The notes: a model not told the origin generated them from the sequence alone. A stretch of 64,000 nucleotides of DNA from a bacterium (GCA_030648265.1 JAUSHX010000028.1:249-64248); one strand, 5' to 3'. Positions 1 through 9,627 are shown, counted from the first letter of the stretch. A program made the numbers and translations.

Positions 1-68
1 GGGGGAATTCAGAACAGACGGCACTTCGTGCCGACCATATTTTTGCTTCCGAACCCGATTTCGTTTTT

Positions 69-159
69 TGGCGGAGGGGGTGGGATTTGAACCCACGGGG
101 CCTTTTAAAGGGCCCACGGCTTAGCAAGCCGCTCGTTTGAACCGCTCACGCACCCCTCC
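69..159 (-). tRNA. tRNA-Ser(GCU), type II with long variable arm, CCA encoded
   Basis: Reverse-complement reads GGAGGGGTGCGTGAGCGG…GGTTCAAATCCCACCCCCTCCGCCA; anticodon loop TTGCTAA; 91 nt cloverleaf folded by hand. Confidence 0.8.
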
Positions 160-209
160 AACTGGTGCATCGTATCTTATGCTCGGTATCTTTCCAAATG
201 TTTTGATTG

Positions 210-875
210 CTATGCTCGCGCGAGGGCAAGCGCGGAGACTTCCGCCCCCGCTTTCTGAAGCGGCCTCGCGGCTTCCGCAAGCGTGGCGCCCGTGGTGGTA
301 ACGTCGTCTATAAGAAAAACGTGCGTGCCCTGCACCGCCTGAACATCCGGAACGGAAAACGCCCCCTTCACATTTTTCAGCCGTTCGGCGCGCGCGAGCC
401 GCGTTTGTTGTTTTGTTTCGCGCGAACGAATTAGTGCGTGCGGTGCGAATGTTGCAAACGTCCCGTCCAAGAATTCCTCCGGTAATCTTTTGAGCACGAT
501 TTCTATCTGATTAAATCCGCGCTCGCGTTCGCGGGTTTTGAAAAGGGGAACGGGCACGAGCAAAACCGGGCGCGGTGAAAAACTTTTGACTTGCGAAATT
601 TCCTCGCGAAGGTAATCCGCGAGTGTCTCGGAAAGCAGTTCCGCCGAACGGGAAGAGCCGTCGTACTTGAGCGCGCGGATGCAATCTTCAACCGCCGCGT
701 TTCTGTAATCCAAAATTGTTGTGAAGCGCATACCGCACGCCTCGTGTGTGTTTGGAGAAACCGCGAGGTCGTCAATCGCCCAATGCTCCGCGCGCATCGT
801 GCGTTCTTTGCGGGGAAGAATGATATCCAACGCAGAAATAAACAGTTCACGAATCTTTACGATGTTCACACGCAT
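210..875 (-). CDS. comFC: ComF family competence protein (ComFC-type phosphoribosyltransferase domain)
   Basis: C-terminal PRTase motif VFLIDDVTTTGATL; the ORF track begins at a TTG (968), the first ATG is at 875. Confidence 0.7.
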   Translation of the reverse strand: MRVNIVKIRELFISALDIILPRKERTMRAEHWAIDDLAVSPNTHEACGMRFTTILDYRNAAVEDCIRALKYDGSSRSAELLSETLADYLREEISQVKSFSPRPVLLVPVPLFKTRERERGFNQIEIVLKRLPEEFLDGTFATFAPHALIRSRETKQQTRLARAERLKNVKGAFSVPDVQAVQGTHVFLIDDVTTTGATLAEAARPLQKAGAEVSALALARA

Positions 876-905
876 ACTATAGCGCAAGATGATATAATCC
901 AGGCC

Positions 906-1232
906 ATGACCCTTGCCGACAAACACTGCGTTCCCTGCGAAGGAGGCGCGAAGCCGCTGACTGTCCAACAGGCAAAAGAATTATTGCGTCAGGTCGGCGG
1001 TTGGGCGCCCGGCGAGGACGGGAAATGGATTGTGAAGCAATTCAAGTTTGGTGATTTCGTAGAGGCAATGAATTTTGCAAACAAAATAACTCCCGTTGCC
1101 GAAAGGGAAGGCCATCACCCGGATGTGCATATCTCGTATGGCAAGGTAGTCGTGGAACTTTCCACGCACGCCATCAAAGGGCTTTCAGAAAACGATTTTA
1201 TTCTCGCATCCAAAATAGACGCATTGAATTAG
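906..1232 (+). CDS. pterin-4a-carbinolamine dehydratase (PCD/DCoH)
   Basis: ~108 aa; EGHHPD motif typical of PCD. The 5' part of ORF 591..1232 is antisense to comF and discarded. Confidence 0.75.
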   Translation: MTLADKHCVPCEGGAKPLTVQQAKELLRQVGGWAPGEDGKWIVKQFKFGDFVEAMNFANKITPVAEREGHHPDVHISYGKVVVELSTHAIKGLSENDFILASKIDALN

Positions 1233-1363
1233 CGAGGTTTCGAGGTCTATTTTTGGGTTATCCACTTTCACTGGAAGTTCACCGCGCGTTAGTGTATAAT
1301 TGTGTTTCTAACCCCACTGCCCCTGTAGCAATGCAAGGGCAGTTTTGGTTGTATACTTGTCCG

Positions 1364-1894
1364 ATGGCGGAGAAAGTGACTATCTTTATTGATGGCGGGA
1401 ATCTATATCGGAGATTAAAGGAGTGCGGGGTCTTTCCCGGAAAGAGGTTTGACTACACGAAACTCATTGACGTTCTGCTTCGCGGCCGTTCCTTGTCGTC
1501 AAAGCGATACTACATTGGAACAGTTCGCAATTATGACCAGACCAAAAGGAGTCAAGATATGGTTGAGGCTCAACAGAAATTTCTTAGCACGCTTGAGCTT
1601 CAAGGATTTCTTATCGAACGGGGAAGAATTGTATATGACCACAAAATCAGAGAAAAGGGCGTAGACGTTAAAATTGCCATCGACTTGGTTATAGGGGCGG
1701 TTGAAAATGAATATGATACAGCTGTAATAGTCAGTTCTGACACAGATTTAATTCCAGCAATAAAATACGTCATAAGCAGGGGAAAGAAAGTTGAGTATGC
1801 AGGTTTTGCGGAGCGGCCATCGCTTGGTTTAGCGCGCGAAAGTTCTTTAAGCGTTCTTTTGTTGCCGGATGATATACGCAAGATGGCAAGCTAA
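1364..1894 (+). CDS. NYN/LabA-like (PIN-fold) domain protein
   Basis: VTIFIDGGNLY…IVSSDTDLIPAI motifs typical of LabA/NYN family; start chosen at MAEKV. Confidence 0.6.
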   Translation: MAEKVTIFIDGGNLYRRLKECGVFPGKRFDYTKLIDVLLRGRSLSSKRYYIGTVRNYDQTKRSQDMVEAQQKFLSTLELQGFLIERGRIVYDHKIREKGVDVKIAIDLVIGAVENEYDTAVIVSSDTDLIPAIKYVISRGKKVEYAGFAERPSLGLARESSLSVLLLPDDIRKMAS

Positions 1895-2048
1895 TCGGTG
1901 AAATATCTCGCAATGCGAAAACAAGAATGAAAGCAGTCTGACTGCCTTCATTTCCGGTGTGAGATTGAGGATTGAGTTATCCCACAAGTTGTCTGACAGG
2001 AAGAGGAAGGGGGCTATTCTTGGCGCATATTCGTAATCAATTTATCCT

Positions 2049-2630
2049 GTGGCTGAAGAACTTAAATCGAATCACAAACCAGTGGATGAGGATAAATATC
2101 AAGGGTTGAGAAACAGACATCTCTCATCCAAGGCTGAGGATCTTGGGCTAAAAATGTCTGCAGGTGAACTTCAAGAAAGTGCAAATAAGGGAGATAAGAG
2201 GATTTTGGAGCCGATGCACGAAGACGCGCTTCTTTATGATGCCCGGAGAAAAGCAATAAAAGGTGCACCTGAACCCATACCCATATCAAATGAAAACTTG
2301 CAGAGGATATTGAGCCTGCGACTCGACACAGCAGGAGACCTTGTTCTAGATACAATTGACAGCACGATGACGATAGTGCCGTTGGTACCAATAAGAAAAC
2401 CGGAAGACGTTTTGAAGGAGGATATTTCTGTGAGAAATGTGATTAAGCTTCGTTCTAAAGTTGATAATGAGCGCCTACGTCTACGTCCAGGCGAGCAAAT
2501 CGAAATGGACACACCCATGAAGGATGAGTTCCTTAAACAATTTCCCGTGGGCGAGCTGTACAGAGCTTTTCGAGCCGCCGATGAAGAGTTGAAACAGTCC
2601 GGAATCAAGAAAATCGTCAGCGAACTTTGA
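2049..2630 (+). CDS. hypothetical protein (GTG start)
   Basis: 193-aa ORF upstream of pilM, no recognisable motif. Confidence 0.35.
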   Translation: MAEELKSNHKPVDEDKYQGLRNRHLSSKAEDLGLKMSAGELQESANKGDKRILEPMHEDALLYDARRKAIKGAPEPIPISNENLQRILSLRLDTAGDLVLDTIDSTMTIVPLVPIRKPEDVLKEDISVRNVIKLRSKVDNERLRLRPGEQIEMDTPMKDEFLKQFPVGELYRAFRAADEELKQSGIKKIVSEL

Positions 2631-2720
2631 TGAGTTAATACTGTCAACATTTTCCCCGCGCCATCGTATGTGGCCATTCTGCGTGTTTTTCCATGCTACA
2701 ATTTAAGCATGCTGTATTTC

Positions 2721-2748
2721 TCTACGTTCTACGTTCTACGTTCTACGC
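2721..2748 (+). repeat. heptanucleotide tandem repeat (tctacgt) x4, 12 nt upstream of the pilM ATG
   Basis: Direct reading of tctacgttctacgttctacgttctacgc. Confidence 0.9.
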
Positions 2749-2759
2749 ACTAGTCCCCT

Positions 2760-3911
2760 ATGTCTTTCTCCCTCGGCGGTATTTCAAAATTCTTCAAGTC
2801 CTCATTCGGAGGAAGTTCCGAGGGGAGCATTATCGGCATTGACATCGGTGCGTCGTCCGCGAAAATTGTCCAGTTGCGCGCGTCCCGCGGGACGGCGATT
2901 CTTGAAACGTACGGAGAAATCGCTCTCGGGCCCTACGGAGGCCAGGCAATCGGCAAAGCGGTGAAACTGACTCCGGAAAAAATTGCCGAGGCGCTCAGCG
3001 ATCTCATGCGCGAGGCAAATGTGACCGCCCGTACTGGCGGGCTCTCCATACCCTTTTCTGCGAGTCTCGTGTCGGTGCTTGAAATGCCGAAAGTGGACAA
3101 AGATTCTCTAAAGAGAATGGTTCCGATAGAGGCGCGCAAATATATTCCGCTTCCCGTATCGGAAGTCACTCTTGATTGGTTCGTCATACCGCATGAGGAG
3201 CAGGGGGAGAGCGCGTTTGACCAGGTGGAGGCGCCCAAACCCGTTCACGCGAGAATGCAGGAAATCCTCCTCGTCGCCATACATAATGAAATCCTCCGGG
3301 ACTATCAGAAGATATCAGAGGCAACCGGGCTCAACGTGAGTTTCTACGAGATTGAGATTTTCAGCGCGACTCGTTCCTCAATGGGGCATGGCGCGGCGCC
3401 TGTCTTGGTTGTTGATTTGGGCGCGGCGACGACGAAGATGTATATTGTGGAGCGCGGGATTGTGCGCCTTACCCACCTGCTCACATCCGGCGGACAAAAC
3501 ATGACGGATACGCTGGCGCGCTCGCTCTCATGGGAATTTGAAAAAGCGGAGCGCGTGAAGAGGGAAATCGGACTTGTCAGTTCAACCGCGTACAGCACGG
3601 ATGAGAACGACCGGATAAAGACGGCATTGTTATCAACACTCTCCCGTGTGTTTTCTGAGATAGACCGAGTATTATTAAGCTACGGGCAGCGATATAACAA
3701 AAACGTGTCGAATGTCCTCTTGACTGGAGGAGGGGCATCGCTACCCGGCCTTGCGGAACATGCCAAGGGGTCGTTGCACGCGGAAGTTCTGATTGCGGAT
3801 CCTTTTTCGCGCTCGGAGGCGCCCGCATTTCTCCGAGATGTTCTGCGGCAGATTGGTCCGGGGTTTTCCGTTGCGGTGGGTCTTGCGTTGCGGAATTTGA
3901 AGCAAGGATAA
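2760..3911 (+). CDS. pilM: type IV pilus assembly protein PilM (actin-like ATPase fold)
   Basis: IIGIDIGASSAKIVQL N-terminus, 383 aa, first gene of a pilM-N-O cluster. Confidence 0.8.
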   Translation: MSFSLGGISKFFKSSFGGSSEGSIIGIDIGASSAKIVQLRASRGTAILETYGEIALGPYGGQAIGKAVKLTPEKIAEALSDLMREANVTARTGGLSIPFSASLVSVLEMPKVDKDSLKRMVPIEARKYIPLPVSEVTLDWFVIPHEEQGESAFDQVEAPKPVHARMQEILLVAIHNEILRDYQKISEATGLNVSFYEIEIFSATRSSMGHGAAPVLVVDLGAATTKMYIVERGIVRLTHLLTSGGQNMTDTLARSLSWEFEKAERVKREIGLVSSTAYSTDENDRIKTALLSTLSRVFSEIDRVLLSYGQRYNKNVSNVLLTGGGASLPGLAEHAKGSLHAEVLIADPFSRSEAPAFLRDVLRQIGPGFSVAVGLALRNLKQG

Positions 3912-4022
3912 ATATGTTCCAATCTACGAATCATCCGAATACTACAAATATCTACAAATTCAGGCATTTTTTATTCGTAGACATTCGTTGATTGGCATTC
4001 ATTTGCAGATTGGTACACACAT

Positions 4023-4733
4023 ATGGAAACGGGAATACAAAATACTTTTATACCGCACGATGTCTCGCAACCTGCGCAACGAGAGCGCGCGCGGGAGGGC
4101 GGTATCATGGATCTCGTGATGCTCGTGTCTATTGTTCTCCTGGTTGCGTCTTTGGCTCTTGCGGCAGGGGTTTTTCTGTACCAGCAATATCTGGATACGA
4201 GCAGTAAAAGCAAAATTAATCAACTCAATATTGCCAAGGCGCAGTTTGACCCGGTGCTCATTCAGGAATTTTCACGCTTAGATGACAGGATGCGGGACGC
4301 GGATTTGATTTTGGGCAACCACATCGCCCCGTCCGTATTCTTCCATATGCTGGAGGCAAATACCCTGACCACGGTATCATTTCGTTCCCTTGATTTTCAG
4401 GCGGGAAGCGATGAGGGTATGTCTATAAAAATGGGAGGAATCGCTAAGAGCGTGAATTCCATAGCGCTGCAGGCCGACTTTTTCAGCAAAGTAGGCATTA
4501 TAACGAGCCCGATTTTTTCCAACATTGACCGTCAACTGGACGGGGTGCATTTCAGTTTTTCTGCGCTCGTAAATCCATCCGCAATACGCTACGCGCAATT
4601 GGCGGCAGCGGGAAATGGAGGAAATGCCGTGCCAACGCTTTCTGTGCCCACAGCGCCTTCGGCGGCCCCAACCCCAACCCCGGCTCCCGAATCAGGATTA
4701 TTTCCTTCGCAGCCGGCGAACCAGCAACAATAA
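4023..4733 (+). CDS. pilN: PilN-like pilus assembly protein (single N-terminal TM helix; Pro/Ala-rich C-terminal tail)
   Basis: TM segment LVMLVSIVLLVASLALAAGVFLY, position after pilM; the start could be ATG 4107. Confidence 0.55.
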   Translation: METGIQNTFIPHDVSQPAQRERAREGGIMDLVMLVSIVLLVASLALAAGVFLYQQYLDTSSKSKINQLNIAKAQFDPVLIQEFSRLDDRMRDADLILGNHIAPSVFFHMLEANTLTTVSFRSLDFQAGSDEGMSIKMGGIAKSVNSIALQADFFSKVGIITSPIFSNIDRQLDGVHFSFSALVNPSAIRYAQLAAAGNGGNAVPTLSVPTAPSAAPTPTPAPESGLFPSQPANQQQ

Positions 4734-4754
4734 TAAATGAATAGTACAATCCAT

Positions 4755-4949
4755 CCCAGCCCCACTTTTGCAAAACACATTTAGAAAATTATGACAAAAT
4801 TACGCAAGCAGGCATATATATCGGCAACGCGCTCCGCCCAGCAAGGGGAGTCCTATTCGGACACGCACGTTGCATGTAACGTATCGGCAAAAGTGGAGTG
4901 GGACGTAAGAGTTTCTAAGCTCGCTTCGCTCACTAACAAACTCTAACGT
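4755..4949 (+). repeat. composite intergenic palindromic element plus conserved pre-ATG hairpin module (copy E1), filling the pilN–pilO spacer
   Basis: Arms cccagccccacttttgc / gcaaaagtggagtggg, followed by gtaagagtttctaagctcgcttcgctcactaacaaactctaacgt and then ATG. Confidence 0.8.
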
Positions 4950-5549
4950 ATGATTAAAATAATTATTTCCATAGTCAGTCTTGCGATTGCCGGCGGAGTG
5001 TTTTTCATATACACAGAATCTGCCTACAGCAACACGCAACTTCTCCAAACGAATATTGACCGGCATAACCAGGCGTTAGATAAGGCGGCGGAACTTAAGA
5101 AACTGCAGGAGACATTACTCTCGCGGTTCAATGCTTTCAACAAGGACGAAGTTGATAGGTTGCATAAGCTTCTGCCGGACCACGTGGACAATGTGCGCCT
5201 GATACTTGACCTTGACCATCTGGCAAGCACGTTCGGGATGGCGCTTCAGAATGTTGTCATAAGCAGTCCCGCAAGCGAAAGCGCGGGCACGACCGTCATA
5301 GGGTCTATTGGGGCAGGAAAGGAGAAGTATGATTCGCTGACGCTGAGATTTTCCACGCACGGCACGTATGCAAACTTTGTCGCATTCATGGAGAGTCTGG
5401 AATCAAGCTTGCGCATTGTTGACCTCGTAGCTTTGTCTCTCTCTCCGGAAGCGCCGGGTAGCGCCGCTAAGGGAACGAATACGCCGGCGGCCGCGTCTGA
5501 ATCGTCCTACAAATATGACATCACGGTCAGGACGTACTGGCTCAGATGA
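4950..5549 (+). CDS. pilO: PilO-like pilus assembly protein
   Basis: N-terminal TM, coiled-coil, 199 aa, follows pilN. Confidence 0.55.
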   Translation: MIKIIISIVSLAIAGGVFFIYTESAYSNTQLLQTNIDRHNQALDKAAELKKLQETLLSRFNAFNKDEVDRLHKLLPDHVDNVRLILDLDHLASTFGMALQNVVISSPASESAGTTVIGSIGAGKEKYDSLTLRFSTHGTYANFVAFMESLESSLRIVDLVALSLSPEAPGSAAKGTNTPAAASESSYKYDITVRTYWLR

Positions 5550-5562
5550 TTTGTATAATTGT

Positions 5563-5940
5563 ATGATGGACATCTTCTCAAAAAATAAGCTTGTGGCGGC
5601 CGCCGCCGCTCTCATCATTGCCGGCGCTGTATGGTATGGGTTTTCCGGCGGCTCGCCGCCGGCGCTGCTCGGAACCGAAAACGCAAACGGCGTGGTGAAT
5701 TCTGAAGACCAGGACCTTGTCGCGACGCTTCTCAAACTTCGGTCCGTAACGCTGACGGGGACAATATTTCAATCGCAGGTATTTCTCGGATTAAAAGATT
5801 TCAGCACAGAGATTACGCAAGAGCCGGTCGGAAGGGTGGATCCATTTGCTCCGATTCCGGTCGGTGTTTCTCAATCTGCCGCTGTTTCTGGGGCAAATAA
5901 TACAGGCGGCGCCGGCCTTTTTAACAAGCCGCAACCGTAA
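5563..5940 (+). CDS. PilP-like / hypothetical membrane-anchored protein
   Basis: TM helix LVAAAAALIIAGAVWYG, position after pilO. Confidence 0.4.
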   Translation: MMDIFSKNKLVAAAAALIIAGAVWYGFSGGSPPALLGTENANGVVNSEDQDLVATLLKLRSVTLTGTIFQSQVFLGLKDFSTEITQEPVGRVDPFAPIPVGVSQSAAVSGANNTGGAGLFNKPQP

Positions 5941-6095
5941 ATCTTTGCGGTTTTCGTCGTATGCCCAGACACTAAGTTTGTCGTCGCCTTCTTTATGAAT
6001 CAAATCACTGTGGATAATATTCTAACGACAAGTACAAATCTTGACATGTCTAGAATTGTTTCGGCACGAAATTACGGCAAACTTAGTGTACGGGT

Positions 6096-7811
6096 ATGAT
6101 AGATGTAACACAAGCGGGTAACGCCCCCCCTCTCGCCCCCATCCAAACGGCCGCGCCGAGTCGCGCGCTCGGAGACAAAAAAGTTGCCTACGATGTTTTG
6201 CGGCACATTCCCGAAGAATCGGCCGAACACTACAAGCTTGTGCCTCTCGCGGTGGAGGACGGAGTTTTGGAGGTCGGGATGCTGGACCCCGATAATCTGG
6301 ATGGAATAGACGCGCTTAACTTCATCGCCCGCAACACGGGTATGCCATTCAAGGTTTTCCAGGTGTCCGAAGAAGATTTCGGACGCGTCATGAAGATGTA
6401 TCGCGGACTGGGAGGCGAAGTGGACCGGGCAATTTCCGACCTTGAGAGCGAGCAGAGAACGCACACCTCTCAAAATCAGGCAGAGATGTCCAGTTTGGAT
6501 ATTGAGAACCCATCAATACGTGCCGGGGGGAGCAATTTGGAGTCCCTCAACATTCAGGAGGATGCGCCGACAATAAAGATAGTATCCACGATTCTGCGGT
6601 ACGCGATAGACGGGCATGCGAGCGACGTGCACATAGAACCTTTGCCCGCGGGGGTGCGCGTGCGGTACCGCGTGGATGGCGAACTGCACACGAGCGTAAT
6701 CTTGCCCGCCGCCGCCCAGCGCGCGCTCGTGGCGCGCGTTAAGGTTCTCGCATCTATCCGTTTGGACGAACAGAGAAAACCCCAAGACGGGCGCTTCTCC
6801 GCATCCATTGACGGACGGCAAATCGACTTCCGCGTATCAACTTTTCCCTCGTACTACGGCGAGAAAGTGGTGTTGCGAATCTTAGACCGCGACCAGGGAT
6901 TTATCGCTCTTGATAAAATCGGGTTCACGCCGCGCAATCTTGAGCTCATCCGTAGGGCGATTAAGAAACCGCACGGGCTCGTGCTAATTTCAGGCCCCAC
7001 CGGTTCGGGAAAATCAACCACGCTTTATTCCATGCTCGGAGAAATAGACAGAGAGCATAAGAACGTTCTCTCGCTTGAGGATCCGATAGAATATTTCGTT
7101 GATGGCGTAACACAGTCACAAGTGCGCCCGGAGATTGGTTACACATTCGCAAACGGCCTGCGCACGACTCTCCGTCAGGACCCAGACGTCATCATGGTAG
7201 GCGAGATACGCGATGCCGAAACAGCGAAGCTTGCGTTTCAGGCCGCACTCACCGGCCACCTTGTGCTCTCTACGATACACACGAATGATGCGGTGGGGAC
7301 AATTCCGCGCCTTATAGACATGGGAGTAGAGCCGTATCTCATTCCGCCGGTTCTCGTTCTCTCAATGGCGCAACGTCTTGTGCGCACGCTCTGTTCGGAC
7401 GGCGGGAAAGAATCCGAAATTACGGCGAGCGACAGGAAGAACATAGAAACGCAAATTACCACACTGCCGAAACAGTACCGGTTTAAGGTACCGAACATAG
7501 TGTATGAAGCGACGCGGACCCCGACGTGCCCTACCGGCATGCGCGGGAGAATGGCGGTGTTTGAGGCCCTGGAAATGTCCAGCGATATAGAACGCATCAT
7601 TCTGGATAATCCGGTTGAGTCGCGCCTCTGGGCATCGGCGCGCTCGCAGGGAATGCTCACCATGCGCGAGGATGCTATGATGAAGGCGTTCAACAAGCTC
7701 ATTCCTTTTTCTGAAGTCAACACGCTAAGCTCTCTCTTACTCGCGGGGGATGAAGAAGTGAAACCGGTTCTCCCGAAAGGAGAAACGGAAAAAAGCGCAG
7801 TTGCAGAGTAA
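6096..7811 (+). CDS. pilB: type IV pilus assembly ATPase PilB (GspE family)
   Basis: Walker A GPTGSGKSTT; GspE N-terminal domain; 571 aa. Confidence 0.9.
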   Translation: MIDVTQAGNAPPLAPIQTAAPSRALGDKKVAYDVLRHIPEESAEHYKLVPLAVEDGVLEVGMLDPDNLDGIDALNFIARNTGMPFKVFQVSEEDFGRVMKMYRGLGGEVDRAISDLESEQRTHTSQNQAEMSSLDIENPSIRAGGSNLESLNIQEDAPTIKIVSTILRYAIDGHASDVHIEPLPAGVRVRYRVDGELHTSVILPAAAQRALVARVKVLASIRLDEQRKPQDGRFSASIDGRQIDFRVSTFPSYYGEKVVLRILDRDQGFIALDKIGFTPRNLELIRRAIKKPHGLVLISGPTGSGKSTTLYSMLGEIDREHKNVLSLEDPIEYFVDGVTQSQVRPEIGYTFANGLRTTLRQDPDVIMVGEIRDAETAKLAFQAALTGHLVLSTIHTNDAVGTIPRLIDMGVEPYLIPPVLVLSMAQRLVRTLCSDGGKESEITASDRKNIETQITTLPKQYRFKVPNIVYEATRTPTCPTGMRGRMAVFEALEMSSDIERIILDNPVESRLWASARSQGMLTMREDAMMKAFNKLIPFSEVNTLSSLLLAGDEEVKPVLPKGETEKSAVAE

Positions 7812-7813
7812 AT

Positions 7814-8218
7814 ATGTCAGATAACAGCGAAAAACTAAGCATTCTACTGGTAGACGATGACAAGTTCCTCGTGGATATGTACAGCATGAAATTCACGGCT
7901 AAGGGCTACAATGTGAATGCATGCTTGTCGGCCGCGGATGCGCTTCAAGTGCTTCGCGACGGCTTTCTGCCGCAGGCAATAGTTTTTGATTTGGTTATGC
8001 CGGAGCACGACGGATTTTACTTTTTAAAAGCTCTCATTACCGAAAATCTAAAGCGCGGCGCATCGCTCATAGCGTTAACGAACGAGAGCAATGATGATAC
8101 AAAAGCAAAGATTACCGAACTTGGAGCGGACAGGGTCATTGTCAAGGCGACCATGATTCCGTCGGAAGTTGTGGGCACCGTGGAGGAGGAGATTGTCAAG
8201 AAGAAAAAGGAGCGCTAG
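7814..8218 (+). CDS. CheY-like response regulator receiver (PilH-like, single domain)
   Basis: ILLVDDDKFLVDMY… receiver fold; the last codons and stop lie inside the intergenic repeat (…aaggagcgctagcgac). Confidence 0.7.
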   Translation: MSDNSEKLSILLVDDDKFLVDMYSMKFTAKGYNVNACLSAADALQVLRDGFLPQAIVFDLVMPEHDGFYFLKALITENLKRGASLIALTNESNDDTKAKITELGADRVIVKATMIPSEVVGTVEEEIVKKKKER

Positions 8219-8374
8219 CGACTATTTTCGCTTGACCCAGCACCTTTGGCTGGGTGTTGAAAAGTAAGCGTGTATGGGAATGCATAGGGTATACTTATAA
8301 ACGATATGTCGTATGTTGAACAAAAGGTGCTGGGCATAAGAATTTCTAACTCGCTCCGCTCATAACAAATTCTT
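8219..8374 (+). repeat. composite intergenic palindromic element plus pre-ATG hairpin module (copy E2), pilH–pilT spacer
   Basis: Arms cccagcaccttt / aaaggtgctggg; module cataagaatttctaactcgctccgctcataacaaattctt then ATG. Confidence 0.8.
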
Positions 8375-9436
8375 ATGGACTATAGCGCCCAACTAAAAAA
8401 GTACATCAACGTGTTAGTGCACGAAGGCGCCTCGGACGCTCATTTCTCCGTCGGCGTGCACCCGACTATCCGCGTTGCGGGGAATCTCTCTCCCATGCTC
8501 AAAGAGCCGGTGTTGACAAAGGAAGACACTCTCGGTTTCTTGACTGCACTCACCACGCCACTGAATCAAAAGCGGTTTTTTTCAGAGCAGGAAATTGATT
8601 TTGCATACGAAACAGAGGACAAAGTCCGTTTTCGCGGGAATGCATTTTACCAGCGCGGCTCGGTGAGCATTGCACTCCGCCTAATCCCCCGAAAAATCAG
8701 CACTATCGCTGAATTGAACCTGCCGGAGATTCTTACGACTTTCGCCCGAAAGTCGCAAGGATTTTTTATCGTTGTCGGACCAGTTGGCCAAGGGAAAACG
8801 ACGACTCTGGCCTCTATGATAGAGCTCATCAACACCGAAAGAATGGAGCACATCGTCACCATTGAAGACCCGATAGAGTATGTTTTTGAGCCGAAGCTGT
8901 CGCTCGTGGAACAGCGCGAAGTACGCATAGACACGAAAGATTTTCCTTCCGCACTTGCCAGCGCGTTCCGCGAGGATATTGATGTGCTCATGGTTGGCGA
9001 GATGAGGGGGCCGGAGACCATGGCAGCCGCTGTCACAGCCGCCGAAACAGGGCACCTGGTTTTCTCTACGCTCCATACGAATGATGCCGCACAAACGATT
9101 GACCGCATTATTGATACATTTCCGGCTTCCCAGCAGGACCAGATACGGCTCCAGCTCGCGTCCTCCATGGCCGGTATTTTTTCGCAACGTCTAATCCCGC
9201 GCATTTCCGGGGGTCTTATTCCTGCGTTTGAACTTCTCATCAACAACAAAGCGGTATCAAACCTGATCCGCGAGAAGCGCACGCATGAATTAAATACGGT
9301 GATAGAGACCAACTCCGAAGAGGGAATGATTGATATGAACCGCTCGCTTGCGGAATTGGTGGCGCGCGGCGAAATCACGGTTGAGAGCGCATACCAGTAT
9401 TCTCTCAATCCGAATATGCTCCAAAAATTGTTATGA
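8375..9436 (+). CDS. pilT: twitching motility / pilus retraction ATPase PilT
   Basis: Walker A GPVGQGKTTT; 353 aa. Confidence 0.9.
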   Translation: MDYSAQLKKYINVLVHEGASDAHFSVGVHPTIRVAGNLSPMLKEPVLTKEDTLGFLTALTTPLNQKRFFSEQEIDFAYETEDKVRFRGNAFYQRGSVSIALRLIPRKISTIAELNLPEILTTFARKSQGFFIVVGPVGQGKTTTLASMIELINTERMEHIVTIEDPIEYVFEPKLSLVEQREVRIDTKDFPSALASAFREDIDVLMVGEMRGPETMAAAVTAAETGHLVFSTLHTNDAAQTIDRIIDTFPASQQDQIRLQLASSMAGIFSQRLIPRISGGLIPAFELLINNKAVSNLIREKRTHELNTVIETNSEEGMIDMNRSLAELVARGEITVESAYQYSLNPNMLQKLL

Positions 9437-9627
9437 AAAATAAGGAGCAGAGCGACTATATTTTTCTAACCCCCCACCACTTTAGTATCCCACAACCTTA
9501 TCTTAGATTTGATACTATGTTGAGACGGTCTCGACGAAATCACAAGATTAGAATATGAGAACGGATACTAAAGTGGTGGGGGGTGTAAGATTTTCTAAGC
9601 TCGCTCCGCTCGCTAACAAAATCTAAC
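9437..9627 (+). repeat. composite intergenic palindromic element (copy E3), pilT–pilC spacer
   Basis: Outer gagcagagcgactatatttttctaac; arms ccccccaccactttagtatcc / ggatactaaagtggtgggggg enclosing a ~70-nt loop with an inner hairpin gagacggtctc; module gtaagattttctaagctcgctccgctcgctaacaaaatctaac then ATG. Confidence 0.85.

Noticed and set aside
1-68. tmRNA/tRNA-like sequence at the window start (GGGGGAATTC…TTCCGAACCCGA)
   Set aside because: No acceptor/T-arm pairing could be drawn; likely the 3' flank of an upstream feature cut by the window edge.
207-434. 75-aa Arg-rich ORF (+) and other short antisense ORFs inside comF, pilB, pilT, ligA, nrdJ, murJ
   Set aside because: GC-rich antisense frames with no motifs, fully embedded in well-supported genes on the opposite strand.
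591-905. 5' two-thirds of ORF 591..1232 (+)
   Set aside because: Antisense to the comF coding region; only the 3' third (906–1232) has a recognisable PCD fold and its own ATG.
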